This document shows, piece by piece, positions 29,756 through 36,741 of a stretch of DNA of 37,464 nt (positions are counted from its first letter, which is position 1; each line of letters begins with the position of its first letter). The translations under genes and the position numbers were made by a program. Under the pieces are notes generated by a model. The model was given only the letters and a program-made list of their open reading frames with translations. It made no database searches and was not told the origin of the DNA. This DNA is from a virus (Duplodnaviria > Caudoviricetes): positions 1 through 37,464 of IMG/VR virus record IMGVR_UViG_3300025168_000240; one strand, given 5' to 3'.

Positions 29756-29816
29756 TCCATACTGATGATGGCCCAGGTGGTTCCTGGGCCGAAACACTAA
29801 GTGTCTATGGAAACTA
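29756..29816 (+). ncRNA. type I hammerhead ribozyme 3 (cleavage predicted after C29805)
   Basis: TCCATA-CTGATGA-T-GGCCCAGG/TGGTT/CCTGGGCC-GAA-ACAC/TAA/GTGT-C-TATGGA; loop II TGGTT pairs with 3' AACTA (one G-U). Confidence 0.93.
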
Positions 29817-29842
29817 AAAATTCAAGAAAAGGAAGAATCATC

Positions 29843-30142
29843 ATGAAAGAAACAGATAGTTTGTTTTTATTACATGTAATTAACAAAAATAATGAAGGAC
29901 AAGTTGTAGGTGTATTTAATGATTTAAAGATAGCAAGAAAAGTTGCAGAGTCTTTTTTAGATGTCCCAGTAAAGTCATTATCAAAGATTAAAAAAGATAT
30001 TGATAATGGAGTTGTTGTCGACTTGCATACAACTAGAGGTGTGAGGGGATGCTTAGCTTGGAAACATAGAAGAGTATGGATTGAATTTGTAAAAGTAAAT
30101 GAAGCAATAGAATTAGGCCGCTATTTTTTAGGTGACAATTAA
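29843..30142 (+). CDS. hypothetical protein (accessory cassette gene 4)
   Basis: AAGGAAG RBS supports ATG 29843; VVGVFNDLKIA motif common in small phage proteins. Confidence 0.7.
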   Translation: MKETDSLFLLHVINKNNEGQVVGVFNDLKIARKVAESFLDVPVKSLSKIKKDIDNGVVVDLHTTRGVRGCLAWKHRRVWIEFVKVNEAIELGRYFLGDN

Positions 30143-30169
30143 TTAATAAAATAAAAAAAGGACAGCAAA

Positions 30170-30613
30170 ATGAGTAAATATAGAAAAGTTATTAACCTCC
30201 TTCAAGACCCACTTAATGAACGCATTCCCTACGATTTGACTATTACGGGAATCAATTACAGTGATATACCTGAGGCTTATAGGAAGGGTCGATATGGCAT
30301 AGATTGCCAAATTGATAATATTCCAGGTTGTTACACTGAAGATGGTGAGAAATGGTACAGTGTGCATGACAGCAGAAAAAATATCATCGTAGCAATCATA
30401 GTTAAAATAGATTACTCCAGTAAGGTAACTCCTCGGTATGAACCTTATATCGTTTTCACTCCGATATGCCGACCATGTGCAACTCTCAAAGATGAACTAG
30501 AGGTCGTCTGTTATACCAAATGGAATTGTTATAGACCAATCTATGCAAATTCACCAAAGACTCTCCAGGAATGCATTGATAAAGTAACGAACATAAATGG
30601 AGAATACTTGTAA
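30170..30613 (+). CDS. hypothetical protein (accessory cassette gene 5)
   Basis: 147 aa, AAGGACAG RBS at 30158; TAATG-coupled to the recombinase. Confidence 0.7.
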   Translation: MSKYRKVINLLQDPLNERIPYDLTITGINYSDIPEAYRKGRYGIDCQIDNIPGCYTEDGEKWYSVHDSRKNIIVAIIVKIDYSSKVTPRYEPYIVFTPICRPCATLKDELEVVCYTKWNCYRPIYANSPKTLQECIDKVTNINGEYL

Positions 30614-31749
30614 TGAAGAAGATAAACCTACCAAACCTTCAAAATAAGGTCCGTAAAGGCTACATAGCCTATTATTACAGATTTGTTCTTGAAGGTAGTG
30701 AGAAATTTATCGCATTAGGTGATTCAAAAAGTAATACGGTCACCCAGGTTAAACTGCGATATGTTCAAGCTCAAAACAAGGCTTTTAATCTTAAGCATGG
30801 TTTAGAACCAGTGGTATTAGATGCTCCTAGTGATGAACAGCAACCTATCTTACTGGCTGATGTGTTTGACCCCTGGGTCGCTCATGAAAAGAATCGCTCC
30901 AGGACTTGGATGAGAGATATCTATAATCTTAAGCATTTTATCGCTTTTTTTGGTAAAGAATCAGACTGGGTCAATAACAGAGTATCAAAAGATTGTAAAA
31001 TTGATTTAGCCGCATTGACATCATCAGATATTAATGATTTCTATGGCCATCAATATGTGCAAGGTTACAAGACTGAAACAGTTGCTAAACGTCATAATTA
31101 TCTTAATCCATTGTACACATGGTTAACAGATGAAAAGATTCTTAAGGATAATTATTACGCCAGGAAAGGCAAACTTAAAAAGCCAGGTGAAGATAAAACC
31201 CCTTACCAGGTATTGACCAGGGACCAAGCTGAGCTTATTGTAGATAATGCACCAAATGATTACACTAGAATACTTTGGACCATTATGCTTGATACAGCTT
31301 TGTCACCAGTTGATGCAAGAAATCTAAACGAGAAAAAGCATCACATAAATGGTATTGGTGACAATGGCGAAGTCATACCTTGCATTGTAACATCAAGACA
31401 AAAGACTGGTAAGTATAGTGCAATCTCAATCAGTGATAGGATTAGTAGCTTAGGAAGCCTTCTTTGGGACCTAGGTGGCTCTAAGTCTGACCAGGACAAG
31501 GCTAATACTAAGTTTGCAAAAGTCTGCAAAATTGTAGGTATAAAGCAAAATAAAGGTGAGAAGCTAAGCCAGTATTCATTCAGGCATTCATTAGCTACGC
31601 ATCTTATTTCTAATGGTCACTCATTAGATTCAGTGCAAAGACAGCTAGGTCACACACTTGGCAGTAAAGTAACTCAAACTTACATAGCAAATCAAATTGC
31701 TAGCGAAGTATCAAAAACAAAAACAACCCTAAATGAAAGGACAGCATAG
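30613..31749 (+). CDS. int: tyrosine recombinase/integrase
   Basis: Arm-binding-like N-terminus (YYYRF...FIALG), SAM-like middle, DTALSPVD, RQKTG, YSFRHS, LGH, TQTY. Confidence 0.88.
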   Translation: MKKINLPNLQNKVRKGYIAYYYRFVLEGSEKFIALGDSKSNTVTQVKLRYVQAQNKAFNLKHGLEPVVLDAPSDEQQPILLADVFDPWVAHEKNRSRTWMRDIYNLKHFIAFFGKESDWVNNRVSKDCKIDLAALTSSDINDFYGHQYVQGYKTETVAKRHNYLNPLYTWLTDEKILKDNYYARKGKLKKPGEDKTPYQVLTRDQAELIVDNAPNDYTRILWTIMLDTALSPVDARNLNEKKHHINGIGDNGEVIPCIVTSRQKTGKYSAISISDRISSLGSLLWDLGGSKSDQDKANTKFAKVCKIVGIKQNKGEKLSQYSFRHSLATHLISNGHSLDSVQRQLGHTLGSKVTQTYIANQIASEVSKTKTTLNERTA

Positions 31750-31751
31750 TC

Positions 31752-31973
31752 ATGGTAGCAGTTAAAATAAAAAACAGTAGAACAGTCAGGATTTATGGAA
31801 AGTCAATAGACTCAAAATGGAACGCTTTTAATATCTTTGCCAAGTCACAAGGTAAACAACCAGGGCATTTACTTGGTGAGATATTTGAAAAGCATTTTAC
31901 AGATAATCTGGTAGAGATTAGCGAGGCTTGTCATAATTATGTAAATAGTGAATTGATACCTGAAGAAGAATAA
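31752..31973 (+). CDS. small protein, possible ribbon-helix-helix DNA-binding regulator
   Basis: TVRI strand followed by two helices with a G turn; AAGGACAG RBS at 31737. Confidence 0.5.
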   Translation: MVAVKIKNSRTVRIYGKSIDSKWNAFNIFAKSQGKQPGHLLGEIFEKHFTDNLVEISEACHNYVNSELIPEEE

Positions 31974-31990
31974 GCAAGTGACTTACTCAT

Positions 31991-32020
31991 AAAAAAAGGC
32001 CCTAGCAATAGGGCTTTTTT
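31991..32020. terminator. bidirectional intrinsic terminator
   Basis: A7-GGCCCTA-GCAA-TAGGGC-T6. Confidence 0.85.
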
Positions 32021-32034
32021 GTTTATATTAAGAT

Positions 32035-32172
32035 ATGATTAATTGTAGTATCTGCGAAAAAGAAATTGAAGATAAACTAAGCAACAACGCTGAGCCTATT
32101 AACGATGGCCGTTGTTGTAATGAATGCAATGTCGAAGTAGTTGTGCCGACCAGGTTAAATCTAACACATTAA
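32035..32172 (+). CDS. small zinc-finger protein, 45 aa (MINCSICEKEIEDKLSNNAEPINDGRCCNECNVEVVVPTRLNLTH)
   Basis: Hand-translated; CxxC...CCxxC pattern seen in small phage proteins. Confidence 0.7.
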   Translation: MINCSICEKEIEDKLSNNAEPINDGRCCNECNVEVVVPTRLNLTH

Positions 32173-32306
32173 TCTTCACTGGTATATCTTCTAATTAAAT
32201 CTTGCCTACGTTGTACTCTGTTATAAAACTTCTTATCTTCGTATGCACCAGCCACCCAATAACAAAAGCCAATTCCAACAACAATAAAAACTAACATCGT
32301 ACCCAT
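32169..32306 (-). CDS. small membrane protein, 45 aa (MGTMLVFIVVGIGFCYWVAGAYEDKKFY...)
   Basis: Hand-translated; AAGGA SD; N-terminal TM. Confidence 0.6.
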   Translation of the reverse strand: MGTMLVFIVVGIGFCYWVAGAYEDKKFYNRVQRRQDLIRRYTSED

Positions 32307-32308
32307 AA

Positions 32309-32635
32309 TTATTTTTCCTTTAATCTTTTTTCAATAATGCACGCATAGGTTAATTCAAGATATTGAATCAGGTCTTGAATTCTTCCAGATATATCTTCAT
32401 CACTAAATTCTTTCCCAGTCTTAATATAATTAATAATACTGGACCAGTGCTTCTTCATAAAAATGCCCAAAACTTGTAAAGCATCTAAATCTAAATCATA
32501 AGCTGTTGCTTTAAAGTTAGCAAGGACATCCTGGTCCCCCCTAGATTCAGTATATTCTATTCTTTTCTTAGCCGCCTGAGAATCTCCTCGCTCTCTAAAA
32601 TCAGCTATCAACTTATCATAATCAGATATATTCAT
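32309..32635 (-). CDS. all-alpha NTP-pyrophosphatase-like (Nmad1/DUF1599-like) protein
   Basis: KKRIEYT...LANFK...KH...GRIQDLIQYLEL pattern. Confidence 0.55.
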   Translation of the reverse strand: MNISDYDKLIADFRERGDSQAAKKRIEYTESRGDQDVLANFKATAYDLDLDALQVLGIFMKKHWSSIINYIKTGKEFSDEDISGRIQDLIQYLELTYACIIEKRLKEK

Positions 32636-32788
32636 TTAGGACCCTATTCCTCTCTTTTTATTAAGTTTGTTTTGCAATTGTTTAAGTCTTTCATGGCCAG
32701 CACTACCATAGTCAAACACACCGTCTTTCATCAGTTTTCGGTAGTAAGATACTTGCGTAGTTAAGCTCATAAGATTGTTTTCATTCAT
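32636..32788 (-). CDS. small hypothetical protein, 50 aa (MNENNLMSLTTQVSYYRKLMKDG...)
   Basis: Hand-translated; GGAG SD; exactly fills the gap between neighbours. Confidence 0.55.
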   Translation of the reverse strand: MNENNLMSLTTQVSYYRKLMKDGVFDYGSAGHERLKQLQNKLNKKRGIGS

Positions 32789-33182
32789 AAGGAAACTCCA
32801 TGTATTGATAGAAGTAACGTCTGTACTTCTGTTGGTTATTTTTACTTGGTTTTAGTGCCAGACTTATACTGGCCTCATCGTTGTAAGGCACATAAGCAAC
32901 AATATCTTTTTCCATGTAATAAACAGCTATTACATCTACTTTATTTTGTTTTGCGTACTTATGTAACCTTACTTCAATAGAAGTAAATGTTTTCATTTCT
33001 GTAATTGTTTTTACTTGAACCCTAACAAACTCTTTAGGTTTTTTTTCAATGATTAAATCACAGCCTTTTTCATCAACGACTGGTTTAAATATCTGGTAGT
33101 CATAGTTAGTAAGAAGGTCTTTAACAACAGCGGTTAAGCCAATCTCACCAATATGAACAGTGAAAGGTTTACGACTGCTCAT
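32781..33182 (-). CDS. PD-(D/E)XK endonuclease (PDDEXK_5 / I-Ssp6803I-like)
   Basis: GEIG...CDLIIEK...RVQVKT...VDVIAVY. Confidence 0.7.
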   Translation of the reverse strand: MSSRKPFTVHIGEIGLTAVVKDLLTNYDYQIFKPVVDEKGCDLIIEKKPKEFVRVQVKTITEMKTFTSIEVRLHKYAKQNKVDVIAVYYMEKDIVAYVPYNDEASISLALKPSKNNQQKYRRYFYQYMEFPYE

Positions 33183-33429
33183 CGCACCTATAACATTGTT
33201 TCTTTTTTAAACCAAAAGATGGGAAATCTTGATAGAATTCTATCTTGGGTCCTTTTACCATTTCCCAGGAAAGAGAGCAAGTTTGGCAGTGGTATAAAGT
33301 ATCTTCGTTCGTAAAATTCTTGTGACTAACATATCTATCTGGATACTCTCGGCTTCGTTCAATCTGCTCAATGACCCAACTAACCCCGTAAGATTTCTTC
33401 GACATCAATACCCTCTGCAATAGCTTCAC
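33169..33429 (-). CDS. small zinc-ribbon hypothetical protein (start probably internal MSKK)
   Basis: CQTC...CYRC. Confidence 0.6.
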   Translation of the reverse strand: MKLLQRVLMSKKSYGVSWVIEQIERSREYPDRYVSHKNFTNEDTLYHCQTCSLSWEMVKGPKIEFYQDFPSFGLKKKQCYRCDEQS

Positions 33430-33739
33430 CGACTAATCTTGTAACTGACTCAAGTGGTAGTGATACAAAAGCTTGCATTCTGTCGCCACGATATACCACA
33501 CCGATTTCAGTTTTCTCAGGCACCAACCAGCTGGGTATCCTAGTACGTCTCTTACAACCAAGCCACACGCCAGCAACTTCAATATCTCCTTTTTCATGAT
33601 TCGCTCCTCCTCTGTCTCTGTTAAAACAACTTACCGAGTATGTCTTGAAGGCTCTCACTGTCTCCCGTTGAAGTTCCGCTCCTCGTTGACGATTCCTTCG
33701 GCCTCTCCTGACGTTCTCTGGTTTCTTCTCTTTTGGCAT
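33380..33739 (-). CDS. Holliday-junction resolvase-like PD-(D/E)XK protein
   Basis: RGAELQRE...KGDI...CKRR resembles Hjc-type resolvases, although the ExK glutamate is Gly. Confidence 0.55.
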   Translation of the reverse strand: MPKEKKPENVRRGRRNRQRGAELQRETVRAFKTYSVSCFNRDRGGANHEKGDIEVAGVWLGCKRRTRIPSWLVPEKTEIGVVYRGDRMQAFVSLPLESVTRLVGEAIAEGIDVEEILRG

Positions 33740-34679
33740 AAATATCCTCTTTAGGTTTTGGTAGTGGTTTAATTATTGATTTAGCTCTTGTGTTGTGCCA
33801 ATCATGACCGCAAGTACAGCCTTTTTTTATATCCCAAGTATTCTTAGCAAAGCATGATGTCGCATAGTTACTGCATTTAACATTATGGCAGTAGACAAGG
33901 TAATCTCCAGAAGTAGCAACTTTGAACTCTTGTTGCTCTTTAGCTTTTGGCTGGTCCTTCATCCTTCTCTTCCAATTTGCGGCCGCCATCCGCCAGTTCT
34001 TTATCTTAGCCTTTCCACTAAACCACCCAGTCATCTCATAGTAATTATAAAAAGTCTTTGCTTCAGACATGGGAATGTCTTTTTCTTTAAAATAATCAAT
34101 TACCATATCTAAGTCTTTAGGCTTAGCAGTATAGCTAACAGACTTACCCCTACTAACCCTACTAGTAGAAGGCTTTTTTGCATCTTTTTGCAAAATATTA
34201 TAATTAGTATTTGTATTATTATTATTACTAGTACTATTATTAATAATATTATAATTATTACTACTATTAGTACTATTAGTACGCCCCCCAAAAAAGGAAT
34301 CATACAAACTGCTATCTTCAATTACCTCTTGAGTCATAGTTGTTTCAGGTTCCAATGGTTTGACCAGGAGAGATATGCGAGTCATTCTTGATTCATTATT
34401 GATGCAACATTGATTCATGGTGACTAACTTTTTAAGGAATCTATTGACGGCAGACTGGGTCCAATTTATTGATTCAGCTATCTTTCGTTGGCTCATGATA
34501 AATTCATTGTCTTTTAACGTAACCATAGTTCCATTTAAAAACTTTGTTTCACCGCCCATTGAATCAGCCCAAACCATGAATTGTATATAAGCTTGAGCTT
34601 CGCTGTATGGCTTATCATTATTCCATAAATCGCCATTTATTAATTCAATTGGTATAGTTATACCCTTATCCAACGACAA
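33621..34679 (-). CDS. replication initiator protein
   Basis: N-terminal HTH SQRKIAESINWTQSAVNRFLKKL, Asn-rich linker, FYNYYEMTGW...IKNWRMAAANW C-terminal domain. Confidence 0.75.
   Translation of the reverse strand: MSLDKGITIPIELINGDLWNNDKPYSEAQAYIQFMVWADSMGGETKFLNGTMVTLKDNEFIMSQRKIAESINWTQSAVNRFLKKLVTMNQCCINNESRMTRISLLVKPLEPETTMTQEVIEDSSLYDSFFGGRTNSTNSSNNYNIINNSTSNNNNTNTNYNILQKDAKKPSTSRVSRGKSVSYTAKPKDLDMVIDYFKEKDIPMSEAKTFYNYYEMTGWFSGKAKIKNWRMAAANWKRRMKDQPKAKEQQEFKVATSGDYLVYCHNVKCSNYATSCFAKNTWDIKKGCTCGHDWHNTRAKSIIKPLPKPKEDIYAKREETRERQERPKESSTRSGTSTGDSESLQDILGKLF
34148..34290. other. candidate replication origin inside the initiator gene
   Basis: CCCTACTA x2 (34148, 34157), tandem TACTATTAG x2 (34262-34279), nearly pure AT tract 34190-34260; lambda O-type arrangement. 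Confidence 0.5.
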
Positions 34680-35130
34680 CCTCAGAAATAGGTATTATGA
34701 CTAGCTTGCTAGCATTCTTATCACCGCCCATGATTACATGATTGCGATGCATGTGTATAGCCGCTAATCTTTTGAGCCGCTGAAGAGATATTATCAACAT
34801 CAACGGCTCTCGCTTGGGGATGCGTATATTAAAAAGCCACCAATCAGCTTCACTGGTTTGTATACCGCTAGGCTTACCAAAGCATTCTATTTCAATGGCA
34901 AGGTTACCAGTCTTATATGCTTTAAAATCTGTTTTTACTTCTAACTTACCAGTTAGTATCTCTAAGGCTTCAACTTCGCCATTAAGACCCCTTAAAAGGT
35001 CTATATCAAAGTTCTGTGCTTTATTATTACCGTAACGTAACTGGGCTAGTAAGTTTTCTATCTGGTCTGTAGTTAAATTTAGTTTTAGTTCTGGCATGTG
35101 GTATGTGCTTTCTTCTATAAGGGGATGCAT
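34666..35130 (-). CDS. PD-(D/E)XK-fold nuclease-like phage protein
   Basis: EVKTD...TGNLAIEIECFGKPSGIQTSEADWW; start may be 35097. Confidence 0.65.
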   Translation of the reverse strand: MHPLIEESTYHMPELKLNLTTDQIENLLAQLRYGNNKAQNFDIDLLRGLNGEVEALEILTGKLEVKTDFKAYKTGNLAIEIECFGKPSGIQTSEADWWLFNIRIPKREPLMLIISLQRLKRLAAIHMHRNHVIMGGDKNASKLVIIPISEVVVG

Positions 35131-35170
35131 TGGAAATCAATAAGGACAATAAAACCATCACACCCCCCTA
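35118..35170 (-). promoter_or_regulatory. stem-loop with a 21-nt U-rich loop carrying UUGUCCUUA
   Basis: AGGGGGGTGTGATGG pairs with CCAATGCATCCCCTT (4 G-U, 1 mismatch); G-U pairs imply it forms on the minus-strand RNA. Confidence 0.5.
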
Positions 35171-35410
35171 TTTCTCACTATGGAGCAATTCTATAAATTT
35201 GTGATTGACTTCAATATAACTTTCCCATATACGGTGAGCCATATCAGTGTCATAACCCTCAACGTCTGTTAAGAATTCTATCATATCATGAATATCGACA
35301 TAGCCAGAGACTTGCTCGGGCGTATGTTGTTCCTCTACATAATCACTTATCCTTGGAAATACATCATCACATATTTTATCAAAGACTATGTCGAATTCAG
35401 TAATCATCAC
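35168..35410 (-). CDS. acidic hypothetical protein
   Basis: 80 aa; start abuts the upstream stop. Confidence 0.6.
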   Translation of the reverse strand: MMITEFDIVFDKICDDVFPRISDYVEEQHTPEQVSGYVDIHDMIEFLTDVEGYDTDMAHRIWESYIEVNHKFIELLHSEK

Positions 35411-35689
35411 TTAGAAAGGTATATTGTCGTCACTTTCGTTTTTCTTAGCGATTTTAATATTCAAAGTGGTCTTACCATCCTTACCCTGATTCTTCCATAG
35501 GCTTATAGAAAGCTTCTTCTCAGAAGGGATAGCAGAATAATCAATCTGCTTTTTTCCATCAACCATTTTAGAAACAGCTTCAAGGTCCGCAACAGTATTA
35601 ACTGTTCCCTTAAAGTCTGGGTCTGAAGGACTCTTCTTGTCCTCGTTTGGCCAGAGTTTACCCTGGTACTTATCTTCGTATGATGCCAT
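35411..35689 (-). CDS. single-stranded DNA-binding protein (DUF736-like)
   Basis: LWPNEDK...PDFKG, SISLWKN, acidic C-terminal DDNIPF. Confidence 0.7.
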   Translation of the reverse strand: MASYEDKYQGKLWPNEDKKSPSDPDFKGTVNTVADLEAVSKMVDGKKQIDYSAIPSEKKLSISLWKNQGKDGKTTLNIKIAKKNESDDNIPF

Positions 35690-35690
35690 T

Positions 35691-36554
35691 TTATTTCGGC
35701 TCCTTTGTTATGTTTAAAGAAAACTTTTTCGGTAGCCTTTGCTTTGTCTTAGGCTGTTTAAACTTTTGATTAGATTCCCATAAGTCGTATAGCTTGACTA
35801 CTCTATTCATAAGGAATTTTGCATCTTCAGTAAAGTCACCGCCCTTATTTCGTATAACCTTTACTTTCATCTTACCTGGCTTTACTTCACCTTTCCATCT
35901 ACCCTGACAGTAAAGAACCCCAAGGGCTCCTACCTTTACCTTGTATATTTTTTCTAGTAGTATTGCATAAGCCATGCACTGCACAAAATGCTTTTCGTTT
36001 TCATTACCAGTTTTAAGGTCAGCCATCATTATAATTTCTTTATCCTGGCGTTTGTTGTATATATTAAGGACTAAATCAGCTGTACCAGCATAAGGGACAT
36101 CTGGATGCCACATCATTATTTCTGATTTTAGAATGGTGGGTTTGTGTTCTTCGTACCAGGCAATGTAACCCATCAACATTTTTTTAATAAGCTCTACAGC
36201 TTCCCATTTATTAGGATAAATTAAACGCCACCTTATATCATAATAGTTATCCAGCGTATCAACAATCCATTCTTCAGTGACTTCCTTACCCTCATTCATG
36301 TAATCCACACCAGAATGACCAATAGTTCCTAAGATAGCAGTTGTTGGGCCTATGATGTCTGACCACTTACCATTATTCTTAAACCAATCTGTTAATCCTG
36401 GGGATGATTCAATATTGGCCACATTGGTCCAGGATGGTTTTAAAGGATTGTCATATTGATTAAACACATCTAAATCAGTAGGACCGTAAAAGCGGCCACC
36501 TGATGTATTAAATCGTTTATTGTCTATAGATTTCTTAAAATCAAGCTTAGGCAT
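35691..36554 (-). CDS. PD-(D/E)XK exonuclease (recombination)
   Basis: PSWT, GTIGH, SEI...YAGTADLV, DLKTG, QCMAYA. Confidence 0.8.
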   Translation of the reverse strand: MPKLDFKKSIDNKRFNTSGGRFYGPTDLDVFNQYDNPLKPSWTNVANIESSPGLTDWFKNNGKWSDIIGPTTAILGTIGHSGVDYMNEGKEVTEEWIVDTLDNYYDIRWRLIYPNKWEAVELIKKMLMGYIAWYEEHKPTILKSEIMMWHPDVPYAGTADLVLNIYNKRQDKEIIMMADLKTGNENEKHFVQCMAYAILLEKIYKVKVGALGVLYCQGRWKGEVKPGKMKVKVIRNKGGDFTEDAKFLMNRVVKLYDLWESNQKFKQPKTKQRLPKKFSLNITKEPK

Positions 36555-36741
36555 TTGTCACCGCCTTAGACTCAAGCCAAATTTCAAAATCAGCTTTTTT
36601 AATTCTTATTAGTTTATTTGATAATCTAAGATGTGGTAACTCCCCATGTGTTACTTTGTGATATACCACCTTATAGTCCACTCCTAATATTTCAGATATG
36701 TCTCGTATACTGTAGAATTCAGACTCTCTTCTTTGTCTCAT
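36547..36741 (-). CDS. excisionase/MerR-like HTH DNA-binding protein
   Basis: YSIRDISEILGVDYKVVY...GELPHLRL...IRIKKADFEIWLE. Confidence 0.85.
   Translation of the reverse strand: MRQRRESEFYSIRDISEILGVDYKVVYHKVTHGELPHLRLSNKLIRIKKADFEIWLESKAVTNA

Noticed and set aside
28438-29816. CRISPR array or simple terminators/REP elements as the explanation for the three palindromic repeats
   Set aside because: The intervals are whole genes of ~600 bp, no cas genes are present, there is no U-tract, and the hammerhead core plus covariation explains every conserved base.
30143-30169. A fourth ribozyme between cassette genes 4 and 5
   Set aside because: Only 27 nt of A/T-rich sequence plus the RBS; no core present.
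32781-33182. Group I intron around the PDDEXK_5-like endonuclease
   Set aside because: The gene overlaps or abuts its neighbours, leaving no room for an intron core, and no interrupted host gene is visible.
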